Assembly: GCA_002633005.1 (NCBI GenBank)
Contig: NMRA01000006.1
Span: 1,837,725-1,901,724 of the forward strand
From: Phoronis australis
Taxonomy: Eukaryota > Animalia > Phoronida
Direction: 5' to 3'
DNA: 64,000 nt
Positions 52,001 through 63,800 of this stretch are shown in pieces (positions within the stretch are counted from its first letter, which is position 1; every line of letters starts with the position of its first letter). The translations under genes were made by a program, and so were the position numbers. The notes beneath the pieces are model-generated. The model did not search any database. It had not been told where the DNA came from and saw only the letters and a list, made by a program, of their open reading frames with translations.

Positions 52001-55000
52001 GCTCTGCATTTAGAGAACCATTTTTTCTTAAATGTGGGACATCTCTGAGTGACTATTGCTGATTGTTTTGCTGAAAATGTTCTTGTAGATTAGCTGCAGT
52101 TACGTTTGCATAAAACAGAGAACCTAATCCATGTGATAGCAAGTTGTGCCACATAACATGAAATTTAGTATAAACTGTATTTGTCCATACGTTGGATTCT
52201 TACAGTTCAAAATATGCTGATGTTATTGTTTCTGATTAAATTCTTCTTTCTTTCTGAGATTGTTTTCAAACAAATGAAAGCTACTTCGAGACAGTTGTCA
52301 ACTTTCGTGAAAATTTGTTTCTCATAACGTTTCTTTAAACACATCCAAATGTATAAATTGTTTGGGAAGACTTCAATTGATTTCAGTAACACAGCAAATC
52401 TTCATCTTCCATTTTCAGGCCTTCAGAATTTTACCATTTTCAGCAGTTTTGAATATCAGTTCCTGTTTATTGCGTAGGTTAATTTGCATCAAATTTTATA
52501 CCCTTAATTTAAAGTCTATGGCAAAGGGATTTTTTCTCAAATTTTGATTTTTCTTTGAACAACAAAGATATCGGATGTAAAAATGAAGACTCAAGAAATG
52601 CTTATAGTTGTTTGAGGGTAAATCAAAAATTTGAGAAACAGTAATCATCGTATTGGTAGCAAAAATATATTGTTGAAATGTGAATTTACCTGCCATTTAG
52701 GTTTTAAGAAATTGCGTTCAAAGCAAAAAAGTGGCAAATTCTCACAAATAGGTGGCCAAATGATTATAACTAATTGTGTGACATTTTAGGCGTGAATTAT
52801 GATTTTGCATGTTTCAGAAAATGTGTACTTTTGATGTTTGAAAATGAACAGTTAAAAATGTACTTGATGAATTGTGAAAGGACTTTATAAAAGTTGACAG
52901 TTAACTTGGTCGATCTGCTAGTGAATTGGTTAGTTTAAAAATTTTATTCTTTTAGCTTGTAGTTGTCTGTATTAATTTATTATTTTTTACCAGGTGTATC
53001 ATAGAAAGTGCTCTCTGTGTATCCAGTAGTTATCTATGGTGCTTAGTTAGCCTCGCCTCTCTACTTGTCAACAGTATTTGTATGTGGGTAAATAAGGCTG
53101 TTAGGGCAGTATGTTTGACACAAGAATGCAGCGGAGGTCGGATTAGGGTAACTAAAGATGACAGTTGTCTCGGCTCTTTGTCTAGGTAAAGCTTAAAACA
53201 TTAAATGTAGTCTTGCACGTTTAGTGCCTGTGAGATGTGTAGCAGTATGACTCGATTTGTATAATAAGATATCTAATAACGTTAGCCACACGTTGGCTGG
53301 AGCAAAACTTGCCATCGTGCAAGTTTTTGTTGTTTAATAGGAAATTGACTGCTGTATAAAATTGATATAAAGTAGTGTAAATATTGAAGTGTAAACTCCA
53401 GAGTTACAACTAACATTACATTTTGTATCCTATTGTTTGTTGTTTCAGGTCAAAGACGTCACGGTCATCAAAAAGGAACAGTGTATTATTCTTTATGGCC
53501 CTGCTGCTTCTACCCTTGATATTAGGTAAGGGCTTTGCTGACCTTTGACTCCTACTTCTCTGTTTCTCAGTTCCAAGTTTTTCTGATTGAATGATCATTG
53601 AAATTCCAAGCATTCCTTTGGTTTGTTGCTATAATAAATTACTGCAACGCGCCGGATTAGCCTGCGATTCTTTCTCATGCGCCTCGCTCTCAGTCTTACT
53701 AACAATGTTGTTTAGTCATCAGCACAATTCTTTTCTAACAAGTTGCATTAATTTTCTTTTCTCTCGCACACTGCAGCTACCTTATTGTATTGTATATTTT
53801 TCATGAGTCAATACTTTTGCTTACTTCATTTTTATAAAACAATGATTTGACAATTAGAACGGTGTTTGGAATAGCGCATCCTTGGTTGCGAGACAAGAAA
53901 TATTGAGAATGCCTGTGCAGTTTGCAGTGGTGGAATGCAGGTTACTGAATACCTAACTCTTTTCCTGTGGAAACTTGCAGCTTTTGATGCTTAAAAGTAG
54001 AATTGCTCTTTTTGAGGTGTTAGCATTCCTTTGTTTTCAGGTTTAATGTGCAACGATGTTTACCCAGTTGATGTTGTCAACCACCTGCTCTCTCCTGTTT
54101 TTGGATTTGGTTCCTTCCTGTCTTCAATTGGTGCCTCATTGGCAAGTGTTTTCTCCAGGACAGAAACAAAGTATTCTACGCAGGTAAATATACGTTGTGT
54201 CTACTGAGGCTTCAGTTTCCACCGAATATCTGCTGGTACAGAATACATACGTGTTATGTAGTATTGCCGATGTGATAAACTTTGTTATCTTGGTGGCTCG
54301 TGCAATCAATGTTTAAATGTTAATATCCTGCAAGTTTCCATAATTGCCGAGAGTTTCTTGGAAAGAATTGTTGCTATACCATATTCCAACTGGTGATGAT
54401 CTAAAAGGTTATATTTGCAAGTGACTACAGCTCTAATGTTTTGCTTCAGGTTAAGCTAAATTACGAATATGATGTGCTTACAGCTAATATGCTGTTTTGT
54501 TGTACTTCAATAGTGATTCTTGATTTGTTTTGATTTTGCATATGTCAAAAGAAATTATTCAAGTTCTGAAGAAAAGTGTGTTTGCATTGTTTTTTTTTTT
54601 TTTTGTTTTCCATGATTGTTTGATGTCTGGGGTGGAGCTTTAAGCACTATTTTTGGCACACAGTCTCGCTTCAAAACTCCATCAGTGAAAGATCACTCGA
54701 TCACCACAGATTACAATTTGAGAAAAAAATGTTTTTCAGGATCGTATGATGTTTACGTCGCCAATTGACAAGATGGACGAGAAGGTGAAGAAACTGATTT
54801 TAAACATTGGTCAGAACAAGGACAAGCTGACCGCGGCCGAAGTCGAGGTCATCGTACGCAAACTGATGCAGGAGGAAATGGCTCAGTTCCTGTCGAGGAT
54901 CGACAGCGAGACAGGAAGGCACATGGCTAGGCAGGTATGTCGGTGTAGCAGTTGTATTGGGACATCCAGTAAAAATGTTTTTGGTGAGGAATCAGTTCTA

Positions 55001-58000
55001 GTTGTAAATGATGTCTTCAGATCTGTTCATCAGTGTTTGGTCTATCCTTCCATACACTGAGGTTCAGTGAATATCACCTTCAACATTTTTTGGGGTCTGT
55101 TTCATTTTTAGTGGTCCAGGAAAACTGAATCCCGAAAACGTTAAGAATGCGTTCATGCTTAGAACAAGCTTTTATATAACGTGTAACACTAGCATAGCAA
55201 GTGGCATTATAAGATGACAACACACATACAGTGCATGTTGGGAAAAGGGAAGCAAATTTATCAATGGGAAAATACAGTAAGATAATCAAGGAGACTCATT
55301 TTTTGGTTTTTACTTTTTACGACTTATCAAACATTGCGTCCAAGGTCACGCGTACTTGCACTGGTTCGTGAAATTTTCTCGAATCTGCATTTATGTCATT
55401 GTAGTTCTTTGTTCTTATCATTGGTGTCTAACGCTTGCCATTGACTTTGCTTTGAGTCAAAGGATTTACACGCTTTTTTACAATCACTTTTAAAATTTTC
55501 TTGCAGGTGCAAATCAATTCAGACTTTGAAAGCCGGTTGTCCAGCCAACAAACATTGCTTACGTTGATCAATGAAAGAGCACAGCAACTAGCCCTAGATC
55601 TTAGCACTGCGAAAGAAAATATCAAAATGTAAGTTCTCTGTTTTAACAACTTTTTATAAATTTTTGGCTTGCATTATTTTACAATGTGGATATGCATGCA
55701 ATTGCAGGTCAGAGATCATATGATGTGGTGAATTTCATCGACCGTGGTAACTGTCAATATAAGCCCATGGGTTGTACTATGGGAGCTCTGAAAAGGGGGT
55801 GTTCATGAACTCGGATATCCTAATGTTAGATATTCGTGCATAAGCTCACAGGTTACTACTACCTGAAGTGGAGTGATACAAGGGTGCTATGTGATGACAC
55901 AATCATTCTTTGTCTGGCTCATACTTACAGTAGTAACAGTGTGCTATTCCCAGTGACAGAGTACGGGTGAGAGGAGACATTCTGATTTCAAGTGGATTAT
56001 GAGATAGGAGGTTGGACTTATACCCTCTCTAGAGCAGATGGGCTTATATTTGTTGAAAAGGAATAAGTGGGTGATCTGATGTACTTACACCTGGGCGGAT
56101 ACTGTGGTACCTGTCATCATTAGTCCCAACATGTGTCATGTTGGACCTCAAACAAGTTTGCTTATTTCATGAGATTTCGTAAAGCGCTTGTTGAAGGAAA
56201 ACTCCGACAGGTTGTGGCCTAAGTACTCATATCCTGAAGAGAGGATGTTTTTGATTGCAGAGAGCAACTGAATCAAAGGAATGGTACAGCCCTGCGCCTG
56301 TCTGACCTGGACAATGAGTTGGCAGCTCTCAGGCGGGAACTACTGAAAATACAGACAATACAGTCAGATATGATGATCAACTTAAAGTCGTGTTGCAAGA
56401 ACGAGTCGTACATTGTGGGACTCATGAAGAGGCTAATGCACGATGAGTGGTACTCTGTAAGTAGGGGTTGTGTGCTGAGAATGTGGAACTGTGTAATTGG
56501 GCTGTATGCTGGGAGCTTGTGCTGAGATGTGATACTGTGTGAGTGGCTGAGGTTAGCTCTAGGCTTGTGCTGAGAATGTGATACTGTTTGAGTGACGGAG
56601 GTGTGCTCTGGGCTTGTGCTGAGATTATCTTCTATATTTACATCAGAGATACTTATGCTAAGCATCACTCAAGACGAGTCAAAATCTGCATAGTTGGGTG
56701 CACTAATACTTTGTTTTGTGTTTATGCTTTTATTGAAATGTTCTAATTGGTTGTTTATTGAAAAAATTTACTGTATTTGGTGCTTGCACTAAAAATCAAG
56801 TCCTTGATGTATCAGATGACCTGAAAAGCATCCAAAATGTTCAACATGGCAAACGAGAACACTTCAGTTTCGTGAGATTTTACATTAGTTTCAAAGATGA
56901 AAGTGATTAGTTATATGAAATTTTTTAACTAAAAATTCATCTGCACCTATATAAAATAATATTTTGTGAAATTTCAGTCTCATTGCTGTTATGCCGATTG
57001 GTATCCTATTACAGGCATCGGGTGGAGTAGGTGGTAAAGCAGACGATTTCAATTTCTGGCTACAACAACAGTTTGTCAATAAGCAAGCTTTCGAAGAAAA
57101 GTTCCGTGAGCTCGCTGATAGGCTGGCCAGAGAAATTAGGGCGACTGAAAGAGCGGAGAGCACGCAGGTTATCATCAATACGCCCAATGGAACTGGGCTT
57201 AGTGAGGATGTAAGTGATACGATGGTTTGAATTAAACAAGAATCATGTATTTTGAAACAGAATTTGATTTACAGTGCATGCTAAGTGTTGTCTGATAAAA
57301 AGATGTGGAGCTGCCCGTCATGACGACGGATGGCGAGGCGTATTTCTCGTATTAACTGCTGGGTGCAAGCAGTCAGGGTTTGTTGCAATAGCAAGTCATG
57401 GTGTCAGTTGCTTTCGTGTTCCTATTTTGCTGTTAGTCGTAAATCTTGCTCCAATGTGCATTAACATTCACGCAACTAATGCACAATGAAACAGTGAGAT
57501 TTTATACTAGCATGGTGAAATACTACTTATTTGATGAGTAGAGAGTACAAACTAGAACTGCCACATAATAAATATTTGCCAGAGTTCAGGGAAGATACGA
57601 CTTGTGTGCAGCCAACTTATGTCAGTTTGAGACCCAATTTTGTTCACCTGTCGTACATTTCAAAAGAAGAGAAATGTGATTCACCCTCGACCTTGCCTAT
57701 TTGTCCGATAGCCTAATTCACATCATTTGCTTTTCTCAATTTTGTAGCATGTAAGGAATCTCATCCAAGAATCTCTGAATGTATATAGTGCTGACAAGAC
57801 TGGCATGGTGGATTATGCATTGGAGTCAGCAGGTATGGCATTTTGCAGTTTTTAGTGCCAACATTTCTGTTTACTGATTGCACTTTGTGAATTGAATACA
57901 GTGTAACATACATTGTTAGTACAAATGAATGTTGAAATATGTCAAGTTTTGTTTTACAATGTCCCAATTTACATTAATTGCTCTACTCATTATTCTGTTG

Positions 58001-59951
58001 CCTAAATTTGAGTTTTCTACTACAGGTGGCAGCATCATCAGTACACGATGTTCTGAAACTTATGGTAAAACTGCCCAGCTGACTTTATTTGGCTTTCCTT
58101 TGTGGTTTGTCCATCAGTCCCCCAGGACAGTTATTCAGGTAATGGGCGTATAAAACAATGCAAAACGAAGCCGTTAACAGAACGATATAACAGTTCAGTG
58201 CGCGGACTGAGTAATCTGAATACAACTGACAGTAATAACTTCTAAAACATGTTTGCAACCAGTGTATCATTTTTCATTAATAAAACGAATGGTTCAGCGA
58301 GATTAGTTATTGTCTTGCAGCAGCCATTGCAGGAGTCTTTCCAAAAATTACCCGCAGAATGTTAGAGTGGGTATTCATCTGAAATGAACGATAGCCTGTA
58401 GTAATGTCCATTGCAATATCCTGTGTGTTTGTGGATTTAGATGGCTATGTACAAAAATCACAAACTTTCTGATAAGTTATTGAAAATACTCATGAGATTG
58501 TTGATACGCTATTTTCCCCCATTTCCAGCCGGATGTCCAACCAGGCCAGTGTTGGGCTTTCAAGGGAACTCAGGGTTACATAGTCATTCAATTGTCCGCA
58601 GCCGTCCACCCAACGTCATTTTCAATGGAGCACATCCCCAAGCAGCTGTCCCCAACTGGCAATATTGACAGTGCGCCCAAGGACTTTTCTGTTTGGGTAC
58701 GAGTTCAAGGTGTATTAACTAAGATTGCTTTAAAGTTATGGAGGACCCTTGAAAAATAGCCAAATTAAGCAAACTTTAGAACATCATATCAATATTGGCT
58801 GATTGGAGTCGTATGAAAAATTCAGATACCGTACATTGTGCTCTGTTCTACAAAACGATGTTAAGATTTTTTAAGAATATTCCGCTTTTGTACGAGAGCC
58901 TATCAAAAAAAAGGATTTTTATGAAAGAAAAATCCAAAGTTGCACCAAACAAAAACAGAACGATAATTTAGTAAACAGTAACAGTGTGTTTGAGATTTCA
59001 TCTTGGACACTTATATCGAACAGTTTGGTCATGTTATTGATACCGTTGTCTGACTTTGGATGTACCTTTTTGGCAAGATTTTATAAAAATGGCACGTTGA
59101 AAGATTGGTATTGAGTCAAAAATCAAATTCTACAGGCTTTCTACTTTCAGAAAATATAACTTTTACCGATTTAAAATCTTGCTTTCTACATATTTTGCTA
59201 AATTCACAGTCAAGTTGATAAGGTCATACGTAACCTTAAAAAAGGAAAGTGTTGTGATCTAACCAATTTGTGTGCTATTCAGTGCTGAGTAAATGTAGCT
59301 ATTGACATTTACTGATTTTGATTGATTGCAGTTCCTGCTCTTGTAGTATTAATACACATTTGCATGTTAATGAGAAAAATCAAGAGCTTGGACTTTTCAA
59401 AACGTGTCTGTGAAATGCAGCTTTGGTGGCAAAAAGTATGAACTATTAATATTAACTATGTAAAATTGTAATGAATGCATTGGACTTATAGGTTATAATG
59501 ACATTTTGCATTAATTCCATAAATATTGCTTGGTTGTATCTTGAATGTGTCTCTTTGTCTTTCATTTCTGATTTTTTCTTGACAGGGTCTGCAAAATGAA
59601 AAACAAACCCGTGGTGTTCATTTGGGAGATTATGTTTATGACAAAAACGGAAGTCCTCTGCAGTTCTTTCCTGTGAAGGTTTGTTCAATATTCATTTAAT
59701 TTCAAATACTTAATTACAACTTTGTAAAATGGAATGAGAACTTGTTCCTTTTGTTTGATAACAATTTGTTTTTAAGAAAAGAATATTTTGCCATTATTAT
59801 CGCTGCTGATCGTATATCCTTTGTCAACTTCCAGAACATAAATGCTGGACTTTTCCCAATTGTGGAACTGAAGATTCACAGTAACCATGGAAACTCTGAC
59901 TACACATGCATTTACCGTTTCCGCGTTCACGGTGTTCTTCAGGAAACGTGA
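39983..59951 (+). CDS. SUN1/SUN2: SUN domain-containing protein 1/2-like (LINC complex inner nuclear membrane protein); 20 exons, ~878 aa
   Basis: Exons 39983-40083, 44410-44487, 47611-47643, 48677-49005, 49648-49785, 50473-50553, 51301-51399, 51680-51761, 52994-53185, 53449-53525, 54041-54183, 54740-54934, 55507-55628, 56261-56456, 57015-57209, 57748-57832, 58026-58138, 58529-58696, 59586-59678, 59835-59951 (2637 nt, in phase). C-terminal SUN domain: YSADKTGMVDYALESAGGSIISTRCSETY..LFGFPLW..SPRTVIQPDVQPGQCWAFKG..SAPKDFSVWG..SNHGNSDYTCIYRFRVHG. Preceded by a TM segment VLFFMALLLLPLILG and coiled coils. The 5' exons are less certain. Confidence 0.9.
41725..42133. mobile_element. ~400-bp TTAA-flanked MITE, copy 2 (AG...CT termini, Kolobok-like)
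   Basis: Shared blocks gcaggaactaaa, atcatctacacta, ataggtgacctttgcactaat, atacttactggacacgg, caagcaatcac..gataaggaatta. Confidence 0.75.
44410..44487 (+). CDS. SUN1/SUN2: SUN-like exon (RSGLKKAWGSTEALNSK...)
   Basis: Acceptor cttcag, donor gtgagt; symmetric 78 nt. Confidence 0.65.
46212..47510 (+). repeat. Intronic tandem-repeat element (three ~140-bp subunits forming a ~420-bp higher-order unit) with eight CTCF-like motifs
   Basis: Motifs related to GCGCCCCCTAGTGGC at 46431, 46575, 46705, 46849, 46994, 47129, 47275, 47407. Subunit types recur A-B-C-A-B-C-A. Confidence 0.75.
47611..47643 (+). CDS. SUN1/SUN2: SUN-like micro-exon (NPKTDYTYSR)
   Basis: Strong pyrimidine tract, donor AG|gtgagt; YTY motif as in the SUN1 N-terminus. 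Confidence 0.7.
48677..49005 (+). CDS. SUN1/SUN2: SUN-like exon, Ser/Thr-rich nucleoplasmic region
   Basis: In frame with ORF 48714-49028; SYS..P.LSR motif. Confidence 0.8.
49648..49785 (+). CDS. SUN1/SUN2: SUN-like exon
   Basis: Acceptor ttcgcag, donor G|gtatgt. Confidence 0.75.
50473..50553 (+). CDS. SUN1/SUN2: SUN-like exon (..TINHLYG)
   Basis: Joins the next exon to give LYGLDD, similar to SUN1 LWGLDD. Confidence 0.75.
51301..51399 (+). CDS. SUN1/SUN2: SUN-like exon (LDDGSDIEEM...)
   Basis: Acceptor caacag, donor gtgagt. Confidence 0.75.
51680..51761 (+). CDS. SUN1/SUN2: SUN-like exon, hydrophobic (..LIVWVLALDTWLVS)
   Basis: Needed to convert phase 1 to phase 2; LD.WL motif preceding the TM region; donor gtaagt. 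Confidence 0.75.
52994..53185 (+). CDS. SUN1/SUN2: SUN-like symmetric hydrophobic, Cys-rich exon (possible cassette)
   Basis: 192-nt open frame, phase 2-2, canonical sites. Confidence 0.6.
53449..53525 (+). CDS. SUN1/SUN2: SUN-like transmembrane exon (VLFFMALLLLPLILG)
   Basis: Hydrophobic stretch after basic residues; donor G|gtaagg. Confidence 0.8.
54041..54183 (+). CDS. SUN1/SUN2: SUN-like exon
   Basis: Acceptor ttttcag, donor CAG|gtaaat. Confidence 0.78.
54740..54934 (+). CDS. SUN1/SUN2: SUN-like lumenal coiled-coil exon
   Basis: In frame with ORF 54746-55060; donor CAG|gtatgt. Confidence 0.82.
55507..55628 (+). CDS. SUN1/SUN2: SUN-like coiled-coil exon
   Basis: Acceptor ttgcag, donor gtaagt. 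Confidence 0.8.
56261..56456 (+). CDS. SUN1/SUN2: SUN-like coiled-coil exon (..LKSCCKN..)
   Basis: In frame with ORF 56319-56525; donor gtaagt. Confidence 0.82.
56463..56625. repeat. Minisatellite, ~48-50-bp unit, ~3 copies
   Basis: Repeats of gcttgtgctgag(a)atgtgatactgt..gagtg immediately after the donor at 56457. Confidence 0.75.
57015..57209 (+). CDS. SUN1/SUN2: SUN-like exon (..FWLQQQFV..GLSED)
   Basis: In frame with ORF 56991-57230. Confidence 0.85.
57748..57832 (+). CDS. SUN1/SUN2: SUN domain exon (YSADKTGMVDYALESAG)
   Basis: Hallmark SUN motif. Confidence 0.93.
58026..58138 (+). CDS. SUN1/SUN2: SUN domain exon with KASH-lid (RCSETY..LFGFPLW)
   Basis: Hallmark SUN motif. Confidence 0.93.
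58529..58696 (+). CDS. SUN1/SUN2: SUN domain exon (PGQCWAFKG..SAPKDFSVW)
   Basis: Hallmark SUN motif. Confidence 0.93.
59586..59678 (+). CDS. SUN1/SUN2: SUN domain exon (GLQNE..LGDYVYD..LQFF)
   Basis: Conserved motif; canonical sites. Confidence 0.9.
59835..59951 (+). CDS. SUN1/SUN2: SUN domain terminal exon (VELKIHSNHGNSDYTCIYRFRVHG..*)
   Basis: Hallmark C-terminus; stop TGA. Confidence 0.93.
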   Translation, partial: NINAGLFPIVELKIHSNHGNSDYTCIYRFRVHGVLQET

Positions 59952-60781
59952 TTTCCATTAGGATTCTTTGCACCAAACATCAAAGTTCATTCATGAAAAT
60001 TCACAGAAGGCATCAGTTTTATAGTCATTGGTCTTTGTTTTGCTTATAGAAAACAGGGTTTTAATCTTTGTTTTGATTTGTGAGATACGTTTATGTGAAA
60101 TATTGTTTTAGGCTATATTAGCATTGTAATATTACAGTAAGGTTTAAGATTTTTGTTTCATAGACAAAAATTAATGTAATTTTATTAAAATATCCAGTAA
60201 ATGGAATTAAAATACTGGCTATTTTGCAAATTTAATAAGCTTCAATACAAAACAATATGTATCAATTTTGTTAAAAATGGAAATACTCCGTTACCAACAA
60301 CAATTCAGGTATTTATTTAATGTCAAAGGTATACTAGAAAGTATTACTTAACTTAAAGTGTGTAGTTTTGGGTGTAGATTTTTATGATGACACGACACAG
60401 AATATCTGTGTACTTGTTTTACGAGGTATATTTTACCAAGATGTACATATAACTTGTAAATGATTTTCTACAAAATAATATATTACAATATATGACTCAA
60501 TTGTTCTGCTATTCGAAGGTGAATATCTCTTGCTGCTGCAATCATTGTTTTACTGACGAGTTCTTTGAGAACATTATTCTGCTTGCACTGTTGTACCACT
60601 CAAATGGAGAAGAGAAAAGATGTTATTGTATTTTAAAAAGATATTTATTTCAGTAATTTAATAATTTAAAATGTCTACACTAAATAATGATCTGAGAAAT
60701 GAGCAACAAATAATTTAACAACAATAACAATTTGTAGGTTTTGTCCAACATGCTTAATTTTCAAAGTTTAAGATGGCTCCA

Positions 60782-60851
60782 TTATTCCTTTGCATCTCCT
60801 ATACCGCCTTGTGTTATAGCGTATGTCGCTTCATTTTCTGGCAAGTCGGGG
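60782..60851 (-). CDS. DMC1: DMC1 terminal exon ([23 protein letters not shown])
   Basis: 70 nt; stop TAA. Confidence 0.95.
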
Positions 60852-63800
60852 CTGGAAAGAATTTTAATAGTAAAAATTACTTAAGCTTTGATAAAAAAAT
60901 GTGTACTGAAGAAAACAGTGTGTCAATTAACTGAGATTATTACAAAATACTTTTGTTTCAAAATTCTATTGGGAACTTAGCACAACAAATCGCATTACAC
61001 AACAGACCATGTTTCAGGAAAAACTTTACTGGTTGGAAATTGAAGTACTGAGATGGGAACAGAAAGGACCTTCTAACAACTAGACTTAAATCTTAGAAAA
61101 CAAAATTGCTAACAGAAGTCTATTTCGTTCACCTGTCGTAGATTTTGGCCACTCTCAGTTCACCTCTGCCTTTCCTTAAGGATACACGTGTCGTGGCAGC
61201 GTGAGCCAATATATGCCCACCAATTGGCTTCTTGGGGTCTGCTTGAAAACTATAAATGATGCAATGAACGTATAAACATCTTTTTTTCACACTGAAGTCA
61301 GGAGTAAGATTAAACTGCGGTCCCTGAGATCCTCCGTTCAGCACTTACTGTTTAATACTAATGGTGTGCAGAGGTCATTTTTGCTTTCCACGTCTCTGCC
61401 ATGTATGATGAAATGATTATCACAAGGATGTTTACATTGGCCATCACGATTTCTTCTGTTGGTATTTACTCACCATGTATTGTGATGTGTGAAAAATTTA
61501 TATGGTAACTTAATAGGATAAGAAATGACATGATGTGAAATCTAACATGAGCCTTACGTACATAACACAGTCAATGTTTTCCTCAAGTACCGATCGTTAA
61601 CTTGCTTGTGATTTCCATAAATCCAATTCTCTGAATGTCATGGCCCATTCTGCTTGGAAATAACGAATGATGCGATTGGCCCTGGTGAACTCTTCTCAAT
61701 CATTCGCCCACTGATTTAGACTTTTTAATATTTTATCATTTTCCATTTTAATGTGTGGGTGGCAGAGAGTGCACTGATGAAATTGTATTTCAGTGTAGTT
61801 ACTAAGACTACATAAGGCAGGGTGTTGCACCCAAAAGGGCAGTCACATTTTCCTCGTCTTTTAGGCACAGCTTTTGGTTTCAAATATATAATGGAAATTC
61901 ATGTGTGTGAATTGGTAAGACGGAATGTGCTTCAAGCTACAAAGGGAGAGAAGACATTGCTAATCATTTTTTAAACAATTCACTGAAAGTTAGAATGAAA
62001 AATGTGTTCGTGAAATGAAAAAGAAATGATTGATGGAGAATTTCTCATCGATTCCTGTACTCCGTCAATCGACCTCTGCATCGTTCTTAATCTCTTTGCT
62101 TATGGCTACCCATAGAGCCGTTATCAAGTGCAGTCAAATACAAAGTAAATGTAGTGTGCCACAGGGAATCTAAGAGCAGGACTCACTCCTATTTGGTACA
62201 TAAGGCGAATGCCAACAAAAACACGGGGGTTTCCAGCTAAAAATGGTCACTCAAGAATTTGGTGCATCTGGCTTGAATGAGAAGAAGACTAATATATGGA
62301 CGTATGAACAGACATTTCTGCTTACCTCATTGTTGCACCTGGGTCTGCTGTCATTTGGTTGGTTATGAAAACTGCAACGTTGTACTCTGAAACAGCCACA
62401 CATGCCAATAATGCAATTTCATAGTAAGAGCAGCTCATCGCGTGCACAGAATATTAGTCTGACATTGTGCGAGATGAAAAGCATGGTGGATTTTTGTCTT
62501 CAGTGACTCCATAACGTAAAATTGCCGTGAGGACTTGACAGGGACCTCAGGGGTTTCACACTCCACTGATTTATCCACATTATTTTGAAAACGCTTTGCC
62601 CAGTCGCACATTGTGTGTCATAAAAGAGATAAGCATACCAGCAGCTGACGCAGCAAGTAGAACTACTCTCGTTTATCACATTGGTGTAGACTCACAGTTG
62701 AACTATGGCTTTCTGTAGACCCCAGACCGTCCCGAGTTGCACCACATACCAACTCGGGACGGTCTCTCACGACGATTAAGCGTTATGCCCTTGACGTCAT
62801 GTTACTAACTAGTTACCGCCCAATGAGAATCTGTCCGAAGTTTTTAGAGACTCATACTGGTTTTCCAAGAGCAAGGCTATAGATTTTAGGTGAGGTAATG
62901 CAATGAGATGGCAATTTTGTCCCTCAATTTCTCCCTGCTCAGTTGTGGAACCTATTTGTGGTCAATTGGAGCTCTTCCTGATCCTCTCCAGTATTTACAA
63001 CCAAAAGATTAGTTTAGAGGCAAGTCTTAACTTTCTCAGTAATCCTGAGTGTAGAGAGAGAGATTGTGGCTATCATGAGGTATGGTTAGTTGGAACAGAG
63101 AAAAAATGATATTGATAACGTGTTAACCTAAGTTCTGTTGAAAAATCTGATAGATTGGCTATCTACATTCTACAACTTGAAGAAAGGCAAGCCAAGACAC
63201 AATGGGAGGGTCAACTGAGTCTAGATCCCATAATTTTCCCTTCATTTTAGTGATATCAAATCTAGAATTTCCAAATTGTTCACTTGGACCCCCTTTTTAA
63301 AAAATCCTTGATCCGATCTCCCCTTTTAGAAAATCTTGGATCCGCGCCTGGGGTCCTTGTATGTAGGATTTTCTCAACCAAATTGAACTTATGACAAAGT
63401 CTAACCAACTTATGACAAGAGAATTTTACTTTTCATTTTTTTCGTAAAGATAAGTAACGTCAAATAAATTTACGTGCTTCTCAAAGTTTTATGCCACAGT
63501 CATCAGACCATGATTCTGGGAAGTCATGGGCAATCAAAACAATGAAGCCTTTGAATAATAAAAAAGACCAATTTTGGCAATAAGTTTTATCAAGAACTGA
63601 TGAGATAGCATAAAGCTTTGGCTTTGCATACTGCACATGAGAAATGGAAAATTCCCTGTTCCAACATACAACTGAAGAATTAGTAATCCTAAATCGTCCA
63701 CTGTAATCAGGATGCAGAAGTAAAAGCTGTTGCGTATTTGCAGTATAACAACACTTAAACCTAGCATTGGTTCAATACCTTCAGATATTTTTTGTAACCG

